Assembly (NCBI GenBank): GCA_964016885.1
Contig: OZ024748.1
Coordinates: 12,524,001-12,588,000 of the forward strand
Reading direction: 5' to 3'
DNA length: 64,000 nt
Origin: Eledone cirrhosa
Lineage: Eukaryota
The translations under genes were made by a program, and so were the position numbers. This document shows, in pieces, positions 13,497 through 25,914 of the stretch. Position 1 is the stretch's first letter. The number at the start of each line of letters is the position of its first letter. The notes beneath the pieces are model-generated. The model was not told where the DNA came from. It worked only from the letters and a program-made list of their open reading frames with translations, and ran no database searches.

Positions 13497-13828
13497 ATAC
13501 TTTGGGAGGGTCATGTTGCCAATAAGAAACACACGCACCAGTTGCTTTCACTTCAATTTATTATATATTTATAAATTTATAAATTTACAAATCTACAAAC
13601 TTATAAATTTCTGGTTGGTTGGTTGGTTGGTTCCACAACCAACCAACCAGAAATTTATAAGTTTGTAGATTTGTAAATTTATAAATTTATAAATATATAA
13701 TAAATTGAAGTGAAAGCAACTGGTGCGTGTGTTTCTTATTGGCAACATGACCCTCCCAAAGTATAACAATATCGGTTTCAACACACGATTTCAGATAAAG
13801 AATCTTGCTAAACAAATTCAGAAACGAA

Positions 13829-13830
<2 letters not shown>
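13490..13830. mobile_element. Fold-back element, family H2, copy 2
   Basis: Near-perfect palindrome centred near 13635, with the same two termini as copy 1. Confidence 0.85.
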
Positions 13831-13859
<29 letters not shown>

Positions 13860-14306
13860 AGGAAAATGATTTAAAAAAAGGGTTCGGTATATATATATAT
13901 ATATAAAAGATGTATATATATAAAATAATATGTATAAAAAATTGTTGTTAACAAAACCTGCTTTCTCCGTTTTGGACCTTCATTTGTTATTAGGTTAAAT
14001 TGTTTTGTCCTTGAAACTCCTGCAACCTAATAAAATATGTTTTGAAGATTCAGAACGGAGAAAGCAAGCTTTGCTAACATCAACTTTTTTATACGTGTAC
14101 TTATTGACTACTGCCCGTCACAGACAAGAAAAACAACAAACTTTTAGGATTTTTTGCTTAGATATTTTTGCTTTGACTGCATGCCCATAGATGGACTGAA
14201 CCCCTTGATAAGTTCAGCTAGATTCCCGCCGTTCTAACACTGGTGGCTTAGTTCCGATCTAGCTGTCGTAGCGGCCGGACCTCAGCCGTCAGGGTCCTGA
14301 CTCTTT

Positions 14307-14343
<37 letters not shown>

Positions 14344-14571
14344 TATATTGAAGGATGAGTATTTAAACTTTATTTTATTCTGAGTTAAGGCTCTATTGAT
14401 TTTTCCCTGGATTTCACAAAATTCTATGGATAAATCTATGTCTTGATTTTTTTTTAATTGAGTTTGAATTATTTTCCCACATCTTACGTTAACTATTTTT
14501 CTATTTTGACGTTATAGTCACTCATATATTATGAAATACTGTTGGCTTCACGCTCACAATCATTTCTATAC

Positions 14572-14617
<46 letters not shown>

Positions 14618-14650
14618 GTATAGAAATTATTGTGAGCGTGAATATATATA

Positions 14651-14845
14651 TATTAAAATAACAGATTAAAGTTTAAGCAAAGAATCAGAAGATCCCGTTA
14701 AGGGTAAAAGCAGCGATTCTTTGCTTAAACTTTAATCTGTTATTTTAATAAATATTTGCTCTACGGTTCTTATATATTTGATATATATTTATCCTTATCG
14801 AGCCCTCTTTGGATTTTAGTCTTCACATTTATTATTATTACTATA
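14651..14845. mobile_element. TA-inserted fold-back with one-sided tail
   Basis: Perfect arms TATTAAAATAACAGATTAAAGTTTAAGCAAAGAATC and their reverse complement, then a tail running to a TA tract. Confidence 0.6.
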
Positions 14846-15070
14846 TATATCTATATATATATATATATATATATATTCAGGTTTGAGGTTCACCACTGTA
14901 TAGAGCTGGTCTATTCCGTATGGTCAATCGTAATGCAATAATATAGAGAGTACTCAACGTAAGGCAGTTCAACCGTCTTTGTTTTTGTAGTTGGTGGTCC
15001 TATTACGGAGTTAAATATTATAATGAAATGACAGGAGGCTGGATTCGTGTAAATCCTTGAAAGGTTTATT

Positions 15071-15128
15071 ATACTATGATCATTTCAATGACCGAGTTCC
15101 GTATGAATCCGGTGATATCATCAGGCAT
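15071..15128 (-). ncRNA. Degenerate hammerhead-like motif (family H4)
   Basis: ATGC-CTGATGA-[ACCG..TTC/GAA..CGGT hairpin]-GAAAT-GATC-ATA-GTAT. Loop III is palindromic; the helix II base is mismatched. Confidence 0.45.
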
Positions 15129-15262
15129 TCGAAATATAATACGTGAATGTAATAGATAAAATCCATGGGGCTGAAAATCGAGGGCCCGAGGGTGACCGCT
15201 ATTCTGTTCCTTCAACCTCAGCCGGTCGTATATATATATATATATATTATGTGTGTATGTGA

Positions 15263-15296
<34 letters not shown>

Positions 15297-15628
15297 CTTT
15301 AATCTGTACTTATAATATATATATATACACACATACATGGAATATGTGTCATGGTATTTAACATATCTTTCCACAGGTTTTCCTTGTTTGTTGGTCATGA
15401 TTCACTGAATCATGCTAAACATACGTCAACGGAGATCGAAGTCAGACACGTGTGTGTATGTATATGTGTGAGTGTGTGAGTGTGTGTGTGAGTATGTATA
15501 TGTGTGAGTGTATGTGTTTGTGTATGTATGTGTGAGTGTGTGTGTGTGTATGTATATGTGTGTGTGTATGTGTATGTATTTGTGAGTGTGTGTGTGTTTG
15601 TGTGTATATGTACACCTGTGTATAGATA

Positions 15629-15705
15629 CAGGGTGTCCTAAAAATGTATACATATATTTATTAGAATGCTGTTGTAGGGTGTATACATCTTTGAGGGACA
15701 CCCTG
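15629..15705. mobile_element. Tc1/mariner-type MITE
   Basis: TA|CAGGGTGTCC...GGACACCCTG|TA. Confidence 0.75.
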
Positions 15706-16217
15706 TACATATGCATGTATGGCTAAATATGGTCTAGATGTTGTGTGGGTGCGCCTAGGTGTGTGCCTGTGTGTACATGTTTGTGCGTGCCAATGTGTGT
15801 CTATGTGCCTGTGTGTGCTTCTGTATGTGTGTGTGTGCCTCTGTCTGTGTGTGTGTGTCTCTCTCTCTCTCTCTCTCTCTGTGCCTGTGTGTCTGTGTGT
15901 GTGTCTGTGTGTGTGCCTGTGTGTGTGTGTGTGCCTGTGTGTGTGTGTGCCTGTGTGTGTGTGTGCCTGTGTGTGTGTGTGTGCCTGTGTGTGTGTGTGT
16001 GCCTGTGTGTGTATGTGCCTGTGTGTGTGTGCCTGTGTGTGCCTGTGTGTCTTTGTGTGTGTGTCTGTGTGTGCCTCTGTGTGTGTGTGTGTGTGTGAAT
16101 GAGATTGGGAAATGTGTGGGAATTACTACAACACAATTATTTGTCAACAAGTTTGGACAAGTTCCAAAATCGATATTAACCACACTAAGAATTATTATTA
16201 TTATCATTATAGTCATT

Positions 16218-17100
16218 CAGGGTGGTGAATTGGCAATAATCGGCAGAGACTCGGATAACGTTTTGTGGCATAGAGTTTCGTCCCCTTACGTCCTGAGTTC
16301 AAATCTCGCCGAGGTTAGCTTTGCCTTTCATCCTTACGGGGTCGATAAAATAAAGTACCAGTAATACGCTGGGATAATTGCCGGCCTTGTACCAAAATTA
16401 GAAACAATTATAATCATTAAGGGTGAAGAATGGGCAATAATCGGCAGAGCGTCGGATAACAGGTTTTGTAGCATAGAGTTACGCCCCTTTACGTTCCGAC
16501 TTCAAATCACGCCGTGGTTAACTTTGCCTTTCATCCTTGCGGGAGTCGATAAATAAAAGTACCAGTAATGTACTGGGGTATATTTAATCGACTTTCCCCT
16601 CTCCCAAAATTGCTGGACTTGTGCCTAAATCAGAAACCATAAGAGCGGTGGATTGGCAGAATCGGTAGAGCGTCGGACACCATGTTTTGCCGCATAGAAT
16701 TACGGCTTTTTACGTTCTGAGTTCAAATCCCACCGTGGTTAACCCTCCCACAGGACTAAATCTCCACTCCTACCGGACAGTTCCCCCCTCATAGTAAAAT
16801 ATAACTATTGATACGTCTATAATTTTACTTTATTCTTTAGCAGGTAAATTACATTTCGTAATTAAAATTACTACTAAAACTATTTTTTTTTTATTGTTAT
16901 ACACGTCTTCTGTGTTCAAATCCCGCCGGGGTTAGCTTTGCTTTTCATCCTTACGAGCTTGATAAAATAAAGTACCAGTAACGCACTGGGGTCGATTTAA
17001 TTGCCATTCCCCTCCCCTCAAAATTGCTTGCCTTGTGCCTCTCCTGAGTTCAAATCCCGCCGAGGTTAGGTTTTGCATTCTTACTAGGTTGATAAAATAG
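16218..17100 (+). mobile_element. Cluster of head-to-tail family 1 SINEs
   Basis: Several consecutive full and partial copies. Confidence 0.8.
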
Positions 17101-17199
17101 AGTATCAGAAATTCATCAATGGTTGATAGGATGAGTGACGAAGTTGAGTAGTATTTACAGCAAAGTTGAGTTGGGTTGGAATTATAACAATTTAGATAG

Positions 17200-17540
17200 G
17201 TAGCTTGGAGATTACAGAATCTTCCAGGTAGAGCCGCTACATCTCCGAACTGAGAGATCACAGCTCCGGTATAACAGTCATGTGGTTAGAATGTCTCAGG
17301 AAAGAATTACTGGACATATTTTATAGGCAAAAATCAACGGGTTGAGACCCAGGGGGAGACCACAAGCAAGATAGTTGGATAACATCCATGAGCTCGACTG
17401 GTCCTCGCTTGGAGATCCAGCTGGATCAATTGAAGACGGTTTCTTCTGACAGGACCTGCTGAAAAGGTTGTTTGGGGACTCTGCCCTTCTCACGGCCCTC
17501 TCAGGAATAAGTGAGTGAAGAAGAAGAAGAAGAAGAAGAA
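17200..17540 (+). mobile_element. RTE-clade LINE 3' fragment (related copy at about 36420-36810)
   Basis: QLRYNSHVVRMSQER...GLRPRGRPQAR*LDNI resembles the RTE C-terminal motif; (GAA)n tail. Confidence 0.7.
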
Positions 17541-17836
17541 AACCACATGAATGATAGCAACAACAAAAACAGCAGCATTAGCAACAGCAATAATGACCAC
17601 AATGAACAACAACAACAACAACAACAACAAACAGTGTGGGGTCTCAGTTATCTTTGCCTGCAAGTCTTAATAAAGAAACTGTTATCAATGAAGAAAAGAA
17701 TGTTTTTAAAGAGCAACAGGTGTTTCATGTATTACACACACACACACACACACACAAACAGAGACTCATACACACATACACACATAGGCACATACACACA
17801 TAGGGACAGACACATAGACACATACACACAAATACA

Positions 17837-17923
<87 letters not shown>

Positions 17924-18009
17924 GCACACACACACATATATATATATATGTAGATTAGTTAGCTTTTGTCATGAATGGTTTAAATGAGTATCACACCTGT
18001 CTTATATAT

Positions 18010-18455
18010 AACATCTCTCACCACACCTGAATAACAGGTGAGATAATATTATAGCGTCACACATACGGCACCTTGTCCACAGGTAAAGTAGATTATATCT
18101 CTCACCACACCTGAATAACAGGTGAGATAATATTATAGCGTCACACATATGGCACCTTGTCCACAGGTAAGGTAGATTATATCTCTCACCACACCTGAAT
18201 AACAGGTGAGATAATATTATAGCGTCACACATATGGCACCTTGTCCACAGGTAAGGTAGATTATATCTCTCACCACACCTGAATAACAGGTGAGATAATA
18301 TTATAGCGTCGCACATACTACATGAGATAATATTATAGCGTTGCACATACTACAAGTGAGATAATATAGCGTTGCACATACCACATCTTGCAACACACCT
18401 TGATGGCAGGTGAGGTAGATTATCTTTCTTTACACCTTGATGGCAGGTGAGATAG
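18010..18455. repeat. 84-bp tandem repeat
   Basis: Unit recurs at about 18012, 18096, 18180 and 18264, then degenerates. Confidence 0.9.
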
Positions 18456-19375
18456 AATGGTTTAGATGACCACTACATCTGTTTTTATAGTTGTCAGACA
18501 CCACGTGGTCAAGATAAACCAGAGAGAGGCCGGACAAGACAGCGTATAAGAAGACATTGTTATGTATTATTATGCAATGAAATATAAATATTTATTAACT
18601 GCGGCTCTGTGATAAACAATGACAGAAAACAACCCAGAAACTTCTCTCGTCTGAAGAACCATTCTTTTGTTCTAACAGAAGAAATTATCGTTGGCCATCA
18701 AGATATAGTCAGTACCGGCTTGCCCTAACATCTGAACGACAACCACACCCTATCTGGTGTATGCTCTAAATCAGTCATGGACAACCCGCGAAGCTTTCTG
18801 AATAGCTCGCGTAAGTCACCTCAATGAAATCTTTCTGATATTTTTTGCCCCAACTTTTCAGTCGTAATTTATCTTTCTATCATTTTTACGATTGAGGAAA
18901 ACAACCTGTAAGAATTCTGAAGAAACAAACCAAAACAATCTGAATTATCGCCCTTTTTAAAAAAAGAATATGGGCGCGAATGTAAATTAGCGCTTGCGGC
19001 CCGCCTGATGATGTGCCATATCTCATGCGGCCCACTTCTCGAAAAAGGTTGCTCATGCCTGCTCTAAATATTTGCAATATAGTTATTTCCGTTAATGGTA
19101 CCCATGGTCGAAGAGCACGATAGGCCTTAAGAGGTGCTGCGGCTAATTTGGAGCCATACCTATAATATATTACAATATGTTGTGTATTTAACAAGCGTGG
19201 GGCCCATTTAGGATCAATTTGTCTAATTGGCTTAAGTTCAGCCTTATTGTTGGATGGATTTACCTATAAGATATAGCTTACGACCACACACCCTCGGGGA
19301 TATCATTTAAAAAAATATATTTATATTATATCATTAGTTTTTTTCTTTAACACTAAACCATCACAAATTATATAT

Positions 19376-20186
19376 ACTAGCAGTAAAACCAGCCCGTGGG
19401 GGGTTTTCTGCTACCATGTGTAGTGTATATATTGATATTATACACAAATATATATGCATGTAGATATGATACATTAAATAAAATCGTAATTGACAATATA
19501 CACAGAAATTGAACGAAGTCTATGTTACACTGTCTTCTGTAATCATGATACATTTAAAAAAAGACGATATTATATATAAACTGTATTAGGAGAAAATTAG
19601 CGACGGAAATATATGCGATATTTTTATAAGTGTTATAATATAACGGCTGCTAACCGGAAGTCTTGACATTTGAAAATGTTAAAGAAGTGAATTTTAAAGG
19701 TCTTTAAATAAGCTATAAAATATATTTAATCAACAGCCACGAAATTTAGCACATAAATTATGTAATATTCATTCATTATTTATTCAAATCCCACCGAGGT
19801 TGACTTTGCCTTTCATCCTTACGGGGTCGATAAAATAATGTACCAGTAATGCACTGGGTAATTGCTGGCCTTGTGTCTAAAGTAGAAACAATTATTTATT
19901 CAAAGAGGCGGGGGATTGGCAGTATCGGTAGAGGGTCGGACACCATGCTTTGACGCATAGAGTTACGGCCCTTGCCATTCTGAGTTCAAATCCCGCCGAG
20001 GTTAACTTTGCCTTTAATTCTTATGGGGTCGATAAAATAAAGTACCAGTAATGTACTGGGGTAATTGTTGGCCTTGTGCCAAAAGTAGAAACAATTATTT
20101 ATTCAAAGTAATCCAACTTATTTTACAAACCGGGTAAACAAATATATTCTGGACGCAGTCCCGCACTCCTTACTTTATTATAGTTA
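19376..20186 (+). mobile_element. HINE/Helentron-like non-autonomous element interrupted by two SINEs
   Basis: Starts ACTAGCAGTAAAACC...GGTTTTCTGCTA (subterminal hairpin) and ends TTTATTATAGTTAAG; homologous to 61403-61955. Confidence 0.65.
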
Positions 20187-20413
20187 AGCTACGTGAAGGC
20201 GCGTGGCTGAGTGGTAAGAGAATTGGATTCGTAATCGTGAAATTGTGAGTTCGATTCCTGGACCGGGCGATGCGTCATGTCCTTGAGCAAGGCACTTTAT
20301 TTCACTTTACTCCTTCTACCTGGAATTGCGACCGATAGACAGCATTAGCAATCGGAAAGACCGACGGAAACATTGTTTCCTCGGTCCGATTTGACGAAAG
20401 TCGACGAACTGTC

Positions 20414-20466
<53 letters not shown>

Positions 20467-20774
20467 GTTTGTGTTTATGTATATATATGTATATGTATGT
20501 TATTTATTCTTTATCATTAATATAAAAAAAATAATAATATTTTTTTAGAGAATGGCATCAAATTTCACAGGTGAAAGCCTGGTCTTGTTCGGCCCACACC
20601 AAGGTGTGGTATTAAACTGGGTGGCATATTGAGATCAGAAAATGTTCAGAATAAATTAATTTTTGGCTCTGAAATGTAAACTAGTGTCGGATTAATATAG
20701 TAGCAAGAATAGTATTAACTCGCATTTTCAGGCGCTATATACTCTAGTATATATATAGTACTCTTTAGTACTCT

Positions 20775-21115
20775 ATGTTAAAGCGTTGGGCTTACAATCG
20801 TCAGTCTGTGAATTCGATTCCCGGCCGAGCGGTGTGTTGTGTCCTTGAGCAACTCACTTTATTTCACATTACTTCAGTTTACTCAGCTGTAGAAATGAGT
20901 TGCGATCTCATTGGTGCCAAGTTGTATCAGCCATTGCCTTTCTCTTGGACAACATCGGTGGTATGAAGAGGGGAAGATCGTATGCATAGGTGACTACTGG
21001 TCTTAAAAAAAACAACAGAAAAACTTGCCTAGACTTTATGCCTCGAAGTGGAACCTTCTAGGTGTAAAGCCCATGGTCATTCGAAACTGAAGGGTGCCTG
21101 TAAGGGTGTCTTTAA
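20775..21115 (+). mobile_element. tRNA-derived SINE family 2 with CORE-like domain (other copies at 7755-8085 -, 20195-20310 +, 33135-33240 +, 37600-37780 -, 53060-53190 +)
   Basis: B-box (AATTCGATTCC/GTTCGATTCC) followed by GTCCTTGAGCAA..CACTTTATTTCAC. Confidence 0.75.
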
Positions 21116-21328
21116 CTTTTATGTCACATTAAAAAAAGAAGGATTTGGCTCTCAACACTAACTTGATCTGGCACTGATGTAAACGAATCCTTTCTTATAA
21201 ATATATGTTACGATAAATATTGCTCCCTTTTTCTTTCTCCCAATGAATAAGACTATCGAGGTTCTAGATTGTTTCGCTAGTGAGATACAACGAAATGTCG
21301 AACTTCAGCAATATCTCGCATAAAGTCA

Positions 21329-21336
21329 TGACGTCA
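21329..21336. promoter_or_regulatory. Palindromic CRE (TGACGTCA)
   Basis: Exact match about 240 bp upstream of the ATG at 21575, in unique sequence. Confidence 0.45.
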
Positions 21337-21574
21337 CAAACAGACACCATGACGAGATCTCGTATTTATCACAGTCTAAATTTTTCATAGAAAGATGAAA
21401 CAGGGGAAATTGATGGCGTGTTTCGAAACCAGTTTGATAATAGAGTGTTAAAACGACTAGAAAGGTCTAATAATAAATAATTTCAACAAAAAAAAATATT
21501 GATAATAACTATTATAAACTTAATTAAATTAACACTATCTTCAATGGTTAATATTTCGGAATCAAATTTGAATT

Positions 21575-22022
21575 ATGCAAAAAGCTATGAAAGCTCAGAC
21601 GAAATTATTAAAAAATAATGCAATTAGCAGCATGAAACATAATCCAAAACATACCCTAATTTCTGAAGCTATCCCCCAACAGAGACTTTCTACAACGACT
21701 CACGAATCAGAGTCGAAAAATTTTCTTCGTTCGAAAACTTATGTAAAAACACAGAGAGATAAACGTACAAGAAATGTTAGTTTGGAAGAACGTATGCGAC
21801 AGATAGGACTCTTGGAGAGGAGCCTATGTAAGACGTTACGACAGTTAAATGATGGATTAAATGATTTAAAAAACACTAACAAAAGAATTCGTCAAGACTT
21901 AAAGAAATGCACGACAAAGAGAGAACTTCATTCTTTAACTAGTATAACTACTCGCATTGATTTCTTTACCAAGGACTGTACAGCTGTTTGCAAGAGTTTG
22001 GCAAGATTAGTCAACTATGGTG
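21575..22022 (+). CDS. Candidate alternative first coding exon of the DCLK3-like gene (or a nested ORF running to 22063); predicted coiled-coil
   Basis: A non-repetitive 162-codon ATG ORF in intron 1 with heptad-like L/I spacing. Phase-1 donors G|GTGGTA (after 22019) and G|GTAGTA (after 22022) are compatible with the exon 2 acceptor. A perfect CRE lies upstream. Confidence 0.5.
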
Positions 22023-22399
22023 GTAGTACATTTCATTTAGTTTTATTTTTAATGGAAACATAGTAGTAGTAGTAACTATTATAGATGTTACCGTAGTAGT
22101 TGTAATTGTTATTTAACCTATGGTCAAAAGCATTTCAGTCACGACTATCTCATCGCTTTAAGGGTAGTCTATTATTTTCTTATCCAGGACGGTGGATTTG
22201 CAGGATTGGTAGAGCATCGGATAACATGCTTTATGGCATAGGCTTACGCCCTTTTACGATCTGAGATTAGCTTTGCCTTTCATCCTTACGGGGGCCGGTA
22301 AAAAAGTACCAGCAATGCACTGGGGTCGATTTAATCGACTTTCTCCTCCCCCCAAATTGTTGTCCTAGAGCCTAAATCAGAAACCATTATCATTATCTT

Positions 22400-22745
22400 A
22401 TCCGTCGCCTTTAGACGAGACAGCAAGCACAACTTCACGCCAATACCTTCTCTGTTACCCATCAAGGTTTATAGGTGTTCCTTGTCAATTCCAGTGTCTC
22501 TTGCTATGGTATCTTGGTATCTGAGCTTTCTAGTAAAAGAGATCTCCCACAATAGGTCTGAAACCATCCCATCTTTGGCACGGAAGGAGTGACCAGTAAA
22601 CCTTGTATGACATTCAATCAGTCGTGCACTTACTTTTGAGATTTTCCCGTACATCTGATTAAACATGGGATGGGTCTGCCAAGGAATATTTGGTGCCTTT
22701 CTCAAAAGAGTCGTGTAAACGGCTTTGTAGACGGGAGAGCAAAGA
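22400..22745 (-). mobile_element. RTE/RTEX-like LINE 3' fragment
   Basis: LLRKAPNIPWQTHP...YGKISKVS...RFTGHSFRAK resembles the post-RT C-terminal region. Confidence 0.65.
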
Positions 22746-24523
22746 TAGCTCATGTTAATCTATACATATATCTATTCCGGCTCTGTAAGTTCTCTGAGCT
22801 TAAATCAGGTCGAGGTCAACCTTGCTTTTCATCATTTCGAGGTCGATAAATAAAGTATTAATCCTGTACTGGTGTTGATTCTTTCTCTCTATCTTTCTTT
22901 CTCACTCCTTCTCTCTCTCACCCCCTCTCTCCCACTCTGGGTTCAGACCTGAAGAGGGAATGGGCATTGCCAGGTTTAAAATGCTCAAGACTCGCTTTAT
23001 GTCAAAGCGGTGTCTCTACGACTCCGCCAGGAGTTACGCAGACCTGTCAACTCTCTCCGTCCGACGGGGTGACTTGCAATAGCCTTTCGTGTGGGTGAGA
23101 GATGTCTTCTGTTGTGAAAATGGGTATAGCTTTCATTATGTAAAATCTCCCCGTTATGGGGCCCCTTTTTTCATGGTACTGCCCGTTTGTGTAGTACCAT
23201 GAAAAAAAGGGAGGGCCCCAACTTTAAAAAAATCCTTCAAAGCACAGGCATTGCTTGTTCAGGATCTGTTACAGGCTCACGTGGCTGGCCTTAGCCTAAA
23301 GGTGCACCATTTTCTGTAATCTGACAAGCAATTGCAATACTCTTAGCAGAGTTTGCAGCCACCATATTTTAGCCTATAAATAATTTAAGCTGTAGAAAAT
23401 TATGCAGTACTTTCTTATTCAATAACTGAAAGATAATTATCTGCGCGACGCAATGGGATTGATATATTTTTGGCAACGTTTTCTATGTTGAGAAGCGTTC
23501 GAGATAAATATTCATCTATTCATCTTTAATTTGTATTTTTCACACTTCCAAACCGGGGGTAAGCACTGGCCTGATGAAACTTCAACTTAGAACAGACTTT
23601 AACTAACTAACTAGATAAATATGAGTAAAGTATTAGTTTTTAGCAACCACATTTCCTCCATTCTTTGAGCCTTACGAGGGATTATTTTTATTGTTTTTGA
23701 AAATATTTTAAGTTCGAGGGGTTTTGTATTAAATTGTTCCTTGGGAGCGGGGTCCTTCAAGTACATTATCCAATGATCTGGGGAAGAATTTTGGTTCTAC
23801 ATTACTATTCTTTCTTCATCACATATAACTCTTACTTGCACATGCCTTATATCGCAATCTATACTATAATAAGCACGCTATCTGTCTTTCCGTCTGTCAC
23901 GCTACCTCTATACAAAGAGGGAAATACTACTCCACCCCTCACTCATTTCACCTCCCCCTCTTTCTAACTAAAGTGTAACTTGTGAACAAACAAAAAGAAT
24001 CCGGTGTTTTGGTGGGTTATTTATGTGTGTGTGTGTGTGTGTGTTTGTGTGTTTATGTGTGTGTGTTTGTATGTGTTTGTGTGTGTGTGTTTATGTGTGT
24101 GTGTGTGATTGTGTTTGTGTGTTTGTGTGTTAGTGTGTTTATGTGTGTGTGCGTGTGTGTTTATGTGTGTGTGTTTGTGTGTTTATGTATGTGTGCGTGT
24201 GTGTGTTTGTGTGTTTATATGTTTATGTGTGTGTGTTTGTATGTGCTTGTGTGTGTGTGTTTGTGTGTTTATGTGTGTGTGCGTGTGTGATTGTGTGTGT
24301 GTGTTTGTGTGTTTATATGTTTATGTGTGTGTGTTTGTATGTGCTTGTGTGTTTGTGTGTTTATGTGTCTGTGCGTGTGTGATTGTGTGTGTGTCCAACA
24401 ACGCAACATAGACTTAAAAAAGACTTTCATTATGACAGGTTGTTGTTGTTGCTGTTGTTGAAAGAGAAAAACACAGGGAGAGCGAGAGACACGAGAATTT
24501 TAAGTGCAAGTCTGACAGTTGAT

Positions 24524-24558
<35 letters not shown>

Positions 24559-24948
24559 AATGGAAAACCAGGCTACAACTAATATATTTTATATTCAAAT
24601 ATGAAATAAGTGTCTTGCTCAAGGTCACAATGTACCACACGGGATTCGAACTCACAATGCACACACACTGAGATTAACTGCAGCTGAAGAGGATACACAC
24701 ATACACACCGACCCACACACATACATATACACACATTAACAGTGGCTGAAGAGAACCCCCCCCCCCCACACACCCACACAGATCAACAGTGGCTGAAGCA
24801 GACACATCCCTACCCCCACCATCACTCCACATCCACACACACACACATACACATACCCACACAGATTAACAGTAACTGATGAGGACACACACACACACAC
24901 TTATATATACACATAAACATACCCACACAGATTAACAGTGACTGAAGA

Positions 24949-25000
<52 letters not shown>

Positions 25001-25001
25001 A

Positions 25002-25044
<43 letters not shown>

Positions 25045-25914
25045 CCACACCCACACACAGAGAGATTAACAGTGGCTGAAGAGGAGACACACACACACAT
25101 ACACACAGAGATTAACAGTGGCTGAAGAAGACACACACACACATACAACAAACACATAGACATAGACATGTCATTTCCAATAGAACATTGATGTTGATGA
25201 TGGAGAAACAAGTTGAAACCTGTCCTCACTTTACTTGTTAAGAAAACCTCACTGAAATGTCCAACTGTTTTCATTAATTAAGCTGATTGAATTGATTAAA
25301 AATTAGAGCCATTCCAGTAATTGTTGGACCATATCCCTGAGGACCGAATCAGAGTTGTTAGAGTACAAGATAAAGTACGTTGTAGGTCTTTTTGTTCCAG
25401 CAGCTCTATGTATTCTGAGTTTCTGAGTTGAAATCCTACTGAGGTTGCTGGAAATAAGTTGTATGTTGAATGTTATAATGGTGGGTGCCCTACAACTATG
25501 ACTTCATCAGGAGTTAAGGTCATGGTATGGCATATCTCTCTCTGTATATATGTACGTGAACGAACGAGCATGGATGTGTTGAGAGAGATGTGCAGCATAG
25601 AGTTACGTGTCCCTTTACAGTCTGAGTTCAAATCCTGCTGAGGTTAACTTTGCCGTTCAGCATTACGGGGTCGATAAAATAAAGTACCAGTAATGTACTG
25701 GGTATTTGCTGGCCTTGTGCTAAAAGTAGAAACAATTATTTTCTTTCAAATTTTTGGTTGTCAAAATTAGAGTGCATCCTCGAAGATGAAATGTCTTCAG
25801 CACCGGAAAATACAGTAATTATTTCATTATGTCAGGTTCTTATATAAAATTATGTTGGAAGATATTAATTTAAAAATGGATGGTTTTATTTCATAAAACA
25901 AGAAGTGATTTTTC

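Noticed and set aside
23158-23220. Hairpin with T/A runs resembling an intrinsic terminator
   Set aside because: This is a eukaryotic intron; it is more likely a collapsed DNA-transposon remnant.
19005-23600. Isolated CTGATGA heptamers near 19006 and 23571
   Set aside because: There is no helix II plus GAAA plus NUH in the right geometry; the first lies in a hAT-like transposon end.
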